Shown piece after piece: positions 25,700 to 37,744 of a DNA stretch of 64,000 nt (position 1 is the stretch's first letter; each line of letters opens with the position of its first letter). The stretch is from Octopus sinensis. Its lineage: Eukaryota. Below the pieces are notes generated by a model, which saw nothing but the letters and a program-made list of their open reading frames with translations, was not told the origin of the DNA and did no database searches. The translations under genes and the position numbers were made by a program. The DNA lies in assembly GCF_006345805.1 (NCBI RefSeq), contig NC_043002.1, positions 116,560,001-116,624,000 on the forward strand. Reading direction: 5' to 3'.

Positions 25700-27250
25700 G
25701 AGTTGGTGGTATTTCCGAATCATCATTTGCATGAGTCACAGTATCTTTCCAAAGCTAATGTAGACTTTCTGCTTGTGGAAAACTTGCAACGTCATCACGG
25801 ATAGTGTGACAATGTTTTCCCATGCACGAAAGCTGAGTGTTTTACTAAATCCCATGACTTAGCTATGTTGTCCATAGCATACATAATGTTGAACTTTACT
25901 CAGAAGTCTCTAACTGTAGGTTTAGTCCCCCTGTTAATTGTTTTCGTAAGTCGTTCGAAAATTCATTGCAGAAAATACACCTTGAAAATACACTTTGGCT
26001 GCAGCAAAGAAGTTGTATTCTGGGGCTCTATCCTACTCTCATATTATCAGAAAGCTCTTTTAAGTTCACAGCAGGGTTTCATGCGACATCTAAATGGATC
26101 AATGTTTTGTTAGAAATGCTATGTCTATAGGATCGAATCAAGCTATACCTTAAGAGTGAAATTAAGTAAAAGTATGGAAATCCGTCATATGGATTTACAT
26201 AGTTGTTAAGTAACATAACCAACTGCTCTGCTATGTCTGGCGTTGTACCATTCTTCAGTGATACAAAAAATGCTTGCAAACCACTCATTGGAAAAGCTCT
26301 TAATCATGCATGCCTTCTTATTTGAACACCAAGCTCTTGAATTTTCGGACTGACACATGACTAGTGGGGTAAAATTTTATATCTCCCGTGGCATTTCCAT
26401 CCAGAAGAAGCGCCAGACGATTTTTGGATGTTTTAAATCCTGGTGTTGATTTTTTTTTTCTTGAGAAATAATATTCTGGCACACACAAGCTTCCAGAAAA
26501 GTGAAGTTTCATCAACAGTGTATTCAGTTTTGCTATGTAGTCTCCTTTAACAATCATTTTATTAATTATTAGCTTGTCAAAATCATTAGTAGCACCGGTA
26601 GCTTTATCAGTTATTTTTATGCTGTGCAAAATTCAAACTCTTAAACTTTCAAAACAAGCTTTACTAGCTAGAAAACATTTACCATTAGAAGTTTCATTTC
26701 CCTTTTTCTTCAAATCGTCGGACAAGCTGTTGAGTTTTTAATTATTTAATTTTTTCATTATTATCGTGCTTCTCGTTACGTCGAATCTGATTCTTGATCA
26801 ATACACTAAAGAGCTGTTCCATTTTAAGCATTACATTAGATCTATGAAAAAAAATAAAGTCCGCGCAGTTAAAGGAGTAGCTTCTAGAGAACGTGGCTTT
26901 ATTTCCTATTGTCACGTATTATTTTCACTGCAGATGGCGCAAGGTTTAATCAGTTTTTGTTGGCAATGTAGCTTTTTGTAACATCAAGTTTAATATCCAG
27001 TGCAATGCGTCCACGGTTTCTTTTCGCACTACTTTCATTCAGTTGTACTCGACAGCTTCTTTCCAAACATCTTGAATTGTGGTTAAATTTAACTGCGACA
27101 GCTTTCACTAGTTATCTATTACAAATATGTAATGAAAAAAGTATCACCAAGAAATAACTGTTTTACGAGAGTAAAAAAATTATTGTCCTATTTCCCTGGA
27201 TTTAAGAATGAACTGTAATGATGTAAGGGTAAAAGAGTGGGGCTGGAGGA
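25700..27250 (-). mobile_element. Decayed pogo/Tigger transposon (DDE_1-type transposase)
   Basis: Fragments SAKRNR.RIALDIKLDV, MEQLFSVLIKNQ, YYFSRKKKSTPGFKTSKNRLALLLDGNATGD, LIHLDVA..PQNTTSLLQP. Confidence 0.85.
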
Positions 27251-27349
27251 AGCTTTCTGTGATTAGAATTAGTCGAAGTATTATTATTTTGGTAGTATTA
27301 TTATTTTGGTGTTGATGATAGTGGTGACGGTGAAGGTTCGTTTACAGAA

Positions 27350-27389
<40 letters not shown>

Positions 27390-27433
27390 TGTGTGCGTAT
27401 GTGTACATACATACATACATACATACATACATA

Positions 27434-30197
27434 CTGTTGGGAACTTAAAAGCGATAAAAACTTTTTATCGGAAAATGTTAAGTTAAACACGCAAACAGAC
27501 ATTGTTAAAATGGGGGAAGCTAGGTGTTATTAGCCAAACCTATGAAACTATAACAAATTGGCTAGACATTGGCAAACCTTTATAATCAGTGATAATTGTA
27601 CCCCGCCCCAGTTTTTCGTGACAGTTTTTTCTGAGACAAAGTTGTTCAATCGGTGTGTTGTTCGAGTTAGTGTACGCTCCCTGTGGGTACTGTAATTCTT
27701 AGCCTGTTATTGTAAACCTGTTAATTCCCGAATTGTTGAATTTGTTGGAATTTTTATTTGTCTTCCCCATTTATGGGTGAAGTAATTAATAAGAGACCAG
27801 TGCAAATGGGCAATTATGCTGCAGTGACTGGCAAAAGCCTGTTAGCGGAGCTACTGCAAATCTGTGAAATAGAAGATAAAGACAAGAATTTCAAGAAGTA
27901 TAACGACTTGTTGAAAAAGGAGGAAGACTGTCTTAGACTGACGCCACCCAAAGAAGTTATTGAGAATACCAAGAAAAGAACTACTATCTACAGAACAATA
28001 AACATAGCTAGCTACGAAGAAAGTAGAAATAGCAGCGACGGAAGCATTAGGTGAGTGTTTGAGAGAGGTGAAGGAATGTACCACGTTCTGCAGCAGAAGA
28101 CGGGAATTCGGCACGGTGGAGGTGCGCTTTATAAACGAAAATGAAGGAAAGAAATACTCCACTGTGGCCTTGAGATCAGCTGAGTAGGCACTACTGCCTA
28201 CTTACTGTGGTAAACGTGTGGCCAGAGTAAGAATTGGTAGAGTGCCCCCTGAAATTGACAGCCATACTCTACCCTCCAGAGGAAGTTGCAGAAATTTTGA
28301 AAATGTCCAAAACTACGGAGGTGAACTGCTGGGCTAGAGGTGATAGTACATATAAGTCTGCCAGACATCCATAAGATTGTAGAAGAGCTGGTTTTTCCGG
28401 ATGAGAATAGACTGAGGATTGTTGTGGAAGGTAGAGCTCCAATATGCTTTTTGTGTGGTGTAAGAGGACACACGAAGGCCAAGTGTCCCCAGAAACGCGA
28501 GGAGGAAATAACAGAAAAAGAAATTCAAGAAGAAGAGAGTACAGCAGTAGAGGAAGAGAAAATGGAGGAACTATTTACGGTGGTAAAAAGAAAAAAGAAC
28601 TTAGAATCACCACCAAAAAGCCCCAAGGAGAAAAAGAAGAAAGACAAACGAAGAAGAGAATAAGAAAGAAAAGAGAAAAAATGGAAAACCAAATGAAAAA
28701 TGAAGTGAAATGCGAACGCACAAACGTTGCCTTCAACTAGCAAGGAAGAAGGAGTACGAAAGAAGGAAGGAAAAGAAAGAGACAGTGAATTAGAGACAGA
28801 GACATTTATGACGGACAAAGAGAGAGGTAAAGGATATCAGAGAACGATACAACTTAAGCAGCCTCATAGTATATGAAAAAAGCGTCGAAATTGAAAAGAG
28901 AGTAATAAAAATGAAAAATATTATCAGAGTGAAAATGGCAAACCATGAAGGTAAGAAAGGTATGCTGTTGGAGAGAGAAAAGGGGGAGTGGTTGGTAGAA
29001 CTATTTGGGAAAAAAAGAGTTGAAATAACACCATTTCAGTAAAGATACGACGAGCTGCCGCCGGCTCTTGTATTTTTTTGACGATAAAAAGCCGCATTTG
29101 TTGTAATTTTGTGTTAAGGAAAAGATACAAGACTGTAATTCAAAAAACAGTAAAATGGAACGACCCACTTTGGGAGCTTGGCAGAAAAGCCATGATTCTA
29201 AGTTCTTTTTTCCATAACTCATCCGATATGTATTTCCATGTACCTCAATGTAATGTTTTTGTCTGTCCGTGTGCTGACCCTCAATGTTATGGCCGTAGTG
29301 CCAAAATAAAGAAAGTAAAGTTGTTCAATTGGATTCTGGAAGCTATGATTGCCTCTTAATTTATGCACTTTTTGCTTTGTGTTAGGCATTTATGGATTTA
29401 TTTTATGCTCCATGAATTCGCCAGAACTTTTGCCAGATTTAAAATAATTTCTGTGTCACAACTGGGTGAGTACAAGAAAGTCTCTTAAGTTATGTTATGT
29501 TATAATATTTACGTGAATTTTGAACCCTGCATTTGTGGCAGGCTGTGTAGTAATTTGGCTAAGATAAATGTTAAAATTTGTATAAATAGCTAAAGGGTGT
29601 ATAAAGGGTGTATAAATTTAATTTTTTCATGTAGCCAATTTTTGTATCAGACAACTTTAAATTTTGTCTAATGCTTGTATGGAGCAGTTTTGTGTGAATT
29701 TAAAGCAAACTAGGTTTTTGTTTGACTATTTAATTTTTAAACTATAATTATTGATGTAGTCTGGCAACTGTTTTGTGTCATGAACTTTCAGTTTAAATGG
29801 TTGCTTTGACATTATATTTATGTATGTTTAGGTCCAAGGTTCGAAAACCGAATTTGTACTAAAATGGAAATCCAGATTTTATGAAATACGAATTTTTAGA
29901 ATCCAAATTTGTTGGGGCAGGTTTTGTCTGAGGCCAATTTTGGTGTAACCTAAAACTGGGACTCGGAGTGTGAATTTCTGAACTGTATAAATATGTTACC
30001 TTTGTAAATATTTTGTCTGCACATCTTGTGTAGCATCTGATTTTTGTTCGTGTATATATTTGTTTTGTATGTAAGCTGTTTTTTATGCTGACTATTGTTA
30101 ATATTTTAGAAAAAATTTCATGGTGTGTTGTTGTCTTGGGTTCACACTATCCTCGTTGATTCCGTAAATTCGGGTTATGGCCACCAGGTCGTAACAA
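27434..30197 (+). mobile_element. ORF1-only Tx1/L1-like non-LTR element between (TACA)n tracts
   Basis: Disrupted ORF1 at 27773-29042, then ~1.15 kb of T-rich sequence with no RT or endonuclease motifs visible; (TACA)n at 27404-27433 and 30198-30298. Ends inferred from the microsatellite flanks. Confidence 0.6.
27773..29042 (+). pseudogene. Frameshifted ORF1 (gag-like) with RRM-like segment, CCHC zinc knuckle, K/E-rich linker and KOW-like C-terminus
   Basis: RVARVRIGRVPPEI; CFLCGVRGHTKAKC (CX2CX4HX4C, 28445-28486); ends IIRVKMANHEGKKGMLLEREKGEWLVELFGKKRVEITPFQ*. Confidence 0.75.
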
Positions 30198-30309
30198 TAC
30201 ATACATACATACATACATACATACATACATACATACATACATACATACATACAAACATACATACATACATACATACATACATACATACATACATACATGT
30301 GCATGTACC

Positions 30310-32950
30310 GCGATTATAAATTTTCAAATTGTAAACTACAGTTTGATCTTAGTTAAAAAAAGCAGAGAAGCGGGCTTTTGGCTAAGAAGATAGTATAGTT
30401 TTTAAATTCTTAAAATTTATCCGACTTTTCGTATAGCCGGGTAAATTTTTGACCTTTTCGGTTGCATCTCTTCCCATCACCACGAGCTTCCTGGAAGCTT
30501 TAAGCAAGATTGCATTTCATGTCGAAATTCGTAACATCTTCAAGTTGCATGAAAGAATACCCACGCATGATCCTTCTTTGCTTTTTGTTATATTGAGCGT
30601 TTCACATCCAGGTCTTTGTGGAGTGTTAGTACTGCTGTTTCAGAGCTGCAGAGTAATCGTCAGGAAGAGAGTACTTCGTGAGGAGCTCACTGTCGACTCG
30701 TAAGATGCTATTCTCTTCGCTTTTCATCACTATTAATGCGTTTTTGCTTTTGTTGTTTAGCAAGTGTTGTGTGAGATACTATACAACATTCAAAAGCTGC
30801 CTGCTCTGATTTCAGGATTTTACTTCCGTCTCTTAGGTATAGTCTGTCGATATCACTGTTTCTGTGAAGATTTCCGATTGATATCAAGGTATTGAAGCTT
30901 TTAATGTCTACGGAGTAGATTTCATCTACCGACCAGTCAAGCAGATGTTATGATGAGCATTGATAATGCAAGCAAATGCATTGTGGGATATTGTCTTGTA
31001 AGAGAACTCCAATGACCATATTTTAAAAAGTCTGGTGTAATATTTCCCGGTAATAATACCTTAATATGATATATTCCCATAAATGCTAAAGTATTTGTAG
31101 CACACTTTATGTAGAACAGAATGGATAGACAGACTGTTGATGAACAGGTTCTGGGTTTGAGAGACTGTTTTCTCACGCTCAACGATCAAATACTAATACA
31201 TGATTTGGCCAAATTCAATTCCTATGCCGGCTGAAAATATTATCTTCAGCTGTTTTTTAGCATTCCTTAAATCCTTAAATCCTTTTAAATGTTTTAGCCC
31301 GAAGGCCGCGGCCATGCTGGGGCACCACCGCTGGTAAACATTTTTAGTAGAAACCTTCATGTCATCTACCAAGAAATTATGGTTTACATTGTTATCTTTA
31401 GCATTTGCAGACTCTAGCATATAGCCATAAAAGTTTTGTAAAAGAAATTATAACGGATTTAATGCCAAAATTAAACAGAATTAGAGAAAGACCATCTTCT
31501 TTGATTATGCTCTTTGAAATATTTATAAAATCGGAGACGACTGTTTCATTTTGAGCTATAAGTGTAAGAATTGTTGCCCACTCGCGAATCTCTCAATGGC
31601 AGCGATTGAGTTGGCTGGTACTTTTGCAAAGTGCAGAGACAATCTTTAGTAACTATGAGGGGAATGGGGTTGAATGCTTTCCTACGCTATCATAAGGTTT
31701 CTACGGTGTTTTCTTACATCGGAAAGCAGAACATTGTTTATAAAGTTCGTTCAGCTTCACCCGTGTTCCCTTCTTTTCACCTGCCTGTTCATTAATCAAT
31801 ATGTTGTTAGACTCACTATGATCCCGGAGGAATTGGCTGAGGGAGCTTGTATAAAGTTTGTACACAATGTTAATGCAAGCAATGGGCCAATAGTTTACTG
31901 TCAGCATGGCCGTTTCATTGTTGTTCGCAAGATTCGTCTGTGTACAACAAGTCAATTTGGAGTGTCAATCTCACCTCCCATAGGTTTCTTAAATATACGC
32001 ATTAAAAGCATTATGAAGAAGGTCAGCCTCTGGGATCAGTATCCAACTATCAGCTATCTTCAATATACCTTACCATAATATAGTTTTTCTATTGCTATAG
32101 AGAAAATTTCAAAATCGATTGTATATGTTTTAGTGTCGTTACAATATTCCTTCCTAATTGTATTTAGCAAAAATGCATTCTGTAGTTGAAAACTCGCTTT
32201 TCGTTCCAGATTTTAGACTAGAATTATTAAAGCTCATCTTGAAAATTATTCTTAACAGTTATGTTTTTCTTCATCTGCTTGTAGATTGAAAGCAAACTTC
32301 CGATTCAAGCTGGCTTACTCTGACATTTTTTTCTATGATAACGAAATTTTCCGCTCAGCGTTCTGAGTTCGTGCTCGAAAATGATTAGCTTTTTTCCAAG
32401 AGCTTGGCGTGAAGAGTAGCCCAAGAGTTTTGTTATTTTTTGCATAAGATGTAATTTGTCAGGTGTGAATTCATTATTCTCCTTACATTTTATTATCGTG
32501 GTTAACCATCCAATATGGCGTCGCAGATTGTTGATGTTTTGTTTTCCAACTGGCTTGCTTCCGTTTTGCAATTTCATTAGCATATGCATTGCAGATTTCT
32601 CCTAGATGTTATGTTAGATTAATAGCTGTGATAGGAAGGCATTAATCATCCAGTAATTAATCTCGCATGCTTAGATGTGCTTTCTAGCAACGTCATCGAT
32701 AACTTTTAACATGAGAGCAATTGGCTGTTTCTTCATTCTCGTTTAGTAAGATTTGCTCCTTAACAACTTAGAAAAACGGGAAAGATGTTTTACGAACTGT
32801 AGTATTCTACAGTCATCCTTGTCAAGTAAGTTACAAACGTATGCTTCGCAATGGTTGTCATAGTTTGCCTGAAGTCACCAGAGAACAAGTCTGAAACACA
32901 TCCATACTGTTTGTTTTACCTCTGTGATCATGTAACATATGATCGAGGAC
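30310..32950 (-). mobile_element. Heavily decayed R4/Dong-clade (RLE-type) non-LTR retrotransposon
   Basis: YWPIACINIVYKLYTSSLSQFLRDH..NEQAGEKKG; NHNFLVDDMKV..FSAGIGIEFG; collinear with the better copy at 37745-40045. Confidence 0.8.
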
Positions 32951-34129
32951 CTCAAATGCAAGTTTGTGAGACACAGTGCGCATATAACACATTGTAAGCT
33001 TAGCCTGTGTTAACACTTGTACTTGTCTCTTGCCATTATAGGCTATAAAGTTATTCTGTGCGAGGTTAAGAAATCTCACAAATGCAGATTGAGTAGTCCT
33101 ACTATCTGTGAAGTGAGAGTAATTATTTCTATGGAATTACTGTTCTAGATATAAAATACAACAGCTGGTTGTCTAAAGAATGTTTCGACAGAGATTTACA
33201 GCTGAAGTTCCTATCGAAACTGAGCGTGTACACTGTTCGATATCCATGTGAAGGATGGACTGCACAGAGTTTTCAGTTAGGATCAGTATGTCATTGTATA
33301 TGATAAAAGTAAATTTACACACTTTTGATTTTCATTTTGCGGACACTGAACAAGTAGAGCAATCTTATTGCCCGCTGAGAAAATTTCTTTTTTCAAAACC
33401 GACTAACATATAGCAACGAGGTGTACACGTTAGCTAACGACCCATCAATATTATAGACATGTATTCAAGGGTTTACATAGTGTACCAAATAAGATGCACT
33501 ATGTCTTGCGGTTCCTATATTGGAAGCTCTATCCGAAAGGTACATAATTGCTCCGTGTACAAAAACACATCATTAAGAAACTTGGATAAAAAATCATATG
33601 CACGCCTTTGTTTACCATAAAGACAACAGAGTGCAATATCGGTAATCTGCGGATGAAGTAGATCATACAAAGACATCTATCAAAATTAAACGAGAATTAG
33701 ATGACGCAGGTTAGCTATTTAAACAATGCAATTCTACGAGTGTCACAGACTCCTCTTAAATATTTGAGTAAATGAAACCACCTCAGTACCATCCTTTTTT
33801 TTCTTGAAGAACGAATTTTAACCTCAAAGTATCGCAATAGAAAGTAAAGTGTAAACGGTTTTCTGTCTTTCTTACGTCCATTTCCACACCTCATTTTCAA
33901 TTTACATGATGTCTACTTTAGAAGAACTTTACCTTAAATATCACTAGTTTGGTTCAGAAGATTGCTCCGCAACCACCTGGTTTGCGTTTCAGTCCCACTA
34001 TGCGACTTTTCGAGTTTTTTCTATTATATCTCCGAATCCACCTTGCGACTGACGTTGGTAAACGTAAAAATGTCCGATAGCCCTGTCAGTCTGTCTGTCT
34101 CTACTATCTATCTATCTATCTTCCCCCTG

Positions 34130-34164
<35 letters not shown>

Positions 34165-34346
34165 ATATATCTCTCTTTATCTATCTATCTCTATATATCT
34201 CTCTCTCTATCTCTATCTATCTGTATATTTCTCTATCTATCTATCTACATACACACACATACATATTATACATATATACATATGTGTGTGTGTGTGTGTG
34301 CAACCAGTGGCCAGTTCGGGAATGGTAACTATGTATGTATGTATGA

Positions 34347-34416
<70 letters not shown>

Positions 34417-34420
<4 letters not shown>

Positions 34421-35074
34421 GTGACCACAATGTCACGCGCCACAGAAGATATCAAGTATACTTTATTAGCAATGAAGTAGGTAATCCATTACAAATGTTC
34501 GAAGTGTTGGTCATGCAGCTCTAAAGAAGTGTTCATACAGAATTTGAAATTACGATGAACCCTCTCGAATGGCTCTTCATTGCCGTTGACTTGTTCACAC
34601 GCTTCAATAATTCTTTGAAGATGTCTTTGGTCACGAATCTTTTCAGAATACAGATGGGATTTAATGTAGCTGCAAAAGAAAACGTCCAAGGGGGTTAAAT
34701 CTGGTGACGGTGCTGCCAATTCAATTGGCCCTCAACATCCGAGCCATTTCCCTGGAAAATATTCTTTCAGAAAATCGCGAACCTGTCATGCATGATGGGG
34801 CGAGCTCCATCCTGCTAAAACCAGACAAGATTTCCCCTGTCTGATACGAATTTCCAGATACGAATCACCTGTTACAGAATAAAATGGTCCAATTACTTGA
34901 TTGTGCCAAATCTCACAGCACACTATTACCATGTCCTCGCTTTGTTGATTATCAACCTCCATTCAATTAGGATTGGTCTGGGAGTAATATCAACAATTGT
35001 GAAAAGAGATAAAAAAAAAAAGAGAATGTTAGTAATTTCATATATTGCATGATGGTGACTTTATGGCTACCCTG
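34417..35074 (-). mobile_element. Internally deleted Tc1/mariner-superfamily relic
   Basis: APSPDLTPLDVFFCSYIKSHLY motif; degenerate TIRs cagagtgaccacaatgtcac / cagggtagccataaagtcac with TA flanks. Confidence 0.85.
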
Positions 35075-35289
35075 TATATATAACAAATGTGAGATTCAAA
35101 TTATTTCGTACTCAATCGAATCCCTTCTGTTTTTACGTTTCTAAATTTAGATGGAATAACGAGACAGAAAGCAACATACAAGTAAATAAACAAGAGACAA
35201 AATCTTTTTTTATCATAAGATACATTTATTTACCATCATCGTCAAATATTTCCGTATTGTAGCATGATTTTCATCGTATTTATCCTTCA

Positions 35290-35720
35290 TGTCGGCAGCT
35301 CTGAGATTTTTTTTCCACGACCATATTTTAACAGGAACCGTACCACCTCACAAATTCAATGAGAGACGATCAAATTAATTGCCACAAGATTTGTCACGTA
35401 TTTTATACTTAAGCGGAATTTCTTTTAACGAATTATATAATGTTCATAATCGAAAATCCCCTTTCTGACGACGCTATTAACCATATTTTAAGACTTTTAT
35501 ACACTTGCTGGGATCTTTAGTGATATCGAGCAATATTTTCAACATGATGCAGGATGTCGTTGACGAATTTTATAAAACTCTTAATAGAATTCGTCTAATT
35601 TTTCTTCACCAGCTTTCTATGGTAGAAAAACTTCAATGTTCCAAGAAGCTGAATTAAGAATATTTACCAAGGCATGAATTCCGTCAGTTCTTGGGTATTA
35701 TTTCTTGATTTTATAATGTC
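35290..35720 (-). mobile_element. hAT transposase C-terminal (dimerisation domain) relic
   Basis: LKIPASV*..SSERGFSIMNII resembles the hATC motif IPAS..CERGFS.MN.I. Confidence 0.5.
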
Positions 35721-35855
35721 ACAATCTATGGATCCCATATTTATACTACTTATTACTGTAGTCTTTGATAACAAAGGCTAATATATTTCTTATTTTCCGC
35801 AAACTCATTATTTTGAAATGCTGTCGAAGAAATGGTTTCATCTCTTTTCTCTTTA

Positions 35856-36250
35856 TCTCTATTACTTGCTTCAGTCATTTGACTGCGGCCATGCTGGAGC
35901 ACCGCCTTTAGTCGAGAAAATCGACCCCAGGACTTAAGCTTTATAAGCCTAGTACTTATTCTATAGGTCCTCTTTTGCCGAACCGCTAAGTTACGGGGAC
36001 GTAAACACACCAGCATCGGTTGTCAAGCGATGTTACGGGGACAAACACAGACACGCAAACATATACAAACACATACATAAATATATATATATACGACAGG
36101 CTTCTTTCAGTTTCCGTCTACCAAATCCACTCACAAGGCTTTGGTCGGCCGAGTCTATAATAAAAGACACTCGCCCAAGGTGCCACGCAGTGGGACTGAA
36201 CTCGGTACCATGTGGTTCGTAAGCAAGCTACTTACCACACAGCCACCCCT
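35856..36250 (-). mobile_element. Full-length SINE family A
   Basis: Reverse-complement match to 53377-53800 from head to tail. Confidence 0.9.
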
Positions 36251-37744
36251 ATGTATTCCTTCTTGTCTTGTGCATTAAAAACTTTATCAATATACTTAGT
36301 TTTTCAGGACGTGGTATGTTTAAATTATCAACTCCTGAAAATCCAGACTTTTTAAAACAGAAATGAGTATTAGTTTTGCATCTTGTTTTTGAGACGCAAA
36401 TGAAGAAAAACTGTTCACGAGAAAACCTTGATTTCGACTTTCACAAAAGTAATGACATCTTGTTGACCTGAAATGGCTAAAGTGTTCGTTGGTCTTGTCC
36501 TCTTATACTCATTTCCAGCCACAAATGCACAAAAGTTGTAGTTTATAACAGCGACTATGCACTAAATACATTAACGCTAAAATAAAGCAAAAAGCAAATA
36601 AAAAGCCGTGTAATTATGCGGAATTTCTATGTAAAACATGCATGTGGACAAGCGGAATTATAAGTTTTAATGATTATTCAAAAATGTGAACAAACATTTA
36701 AATCTGTATAAAATTTTCACTGAAGAATCAGACATGGGGATGAAAGTTATTCATATTTCTAGAGTTTTTCGGAAAATCTTAAAATACAAAATGACAAAAT
36801 TTGTTTCTGGAAATTTCCTAGAAAACTTTGCGCATCACTAAATGCAAATCAAAAATTCAAATATTAAAAAAAAAATTAGCAAAAATGAATAAACATGGAG
36901 AGAATACATACTAACAGAAATTACGGTAAAAAAACTTTAAAAAGTTGGCCGTTACTGCATCAGCTCTTTCTTCTTTCAGTAGTGATAGGTGTTAGAATTC
37001 CGAACAGAGAATGAAGATTATGGCCATTTGCTTATCGGAAAATTCCTAATTTCGGAGTTCAGTTGGTTGATTCAAAGGATTGCCATCTCAGCTATTCATG
37101 TTTTTGTGAAGACCAGGATCGGCTCAGAAAGGAAAATAGTCTAAAGAGAGATTCTGCGACTTGATTGGTTGAAATTCGCGTGATTATTAATGTTCAATCA
37201 GATTTAAAGAACCAGAAGTCAATCACCTGCGACTCACAAGTCCGTCTCCCGTATTAACTTTTCATTTAGCCATCGAAGGGAAAACTTTCTATTAGTTTCT
37301 GTTCGTTAAGTTTTTAATATGTTGGTTGTCACAATGCGAGTAGACGTGGAGATTTAAGAATAAGTCAGCAGAGCTTGAAATCATAATAGACGGCACGTGA
37401 ACCGTTGCGAAGACCTTAAATCCCACCAATGATCATATAATATACAATGCATAATACGTACCTACATAAATTCATACACGCATATATGTATGTATGTTTG
37501 TATGTATGTATGTACGTATGTATGCATGTATGCCATTATTCAGTTTTATTTGAAGATTTCTTACCAATAGAGAAAGAACCGGTTTCTAACCTAGATCCAA
37601 GGCTCCTTCATTAGAATTTCAATATCAACAACAGGGTATTTTTGTTTGTTTGTATGTGTATGTGTGTGTGTGTGTGTATGTATGTGTGTGTGTGTGTGTG
37701 TATGTATGTGTGTGTGTATGTATGTATGTATGTATGTGCAGATT

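Noticed and set aside
33650-33712. Candidate micro-exon ending ..gatgacgcag|gttagc
   Set aside because: No convincing acceptor and no partner exons.
37572-37618. HHR-like CTAATGA..GAA-accggt-T on the - strand
   Set aside because: G5 is mutated and stem I does not pair.
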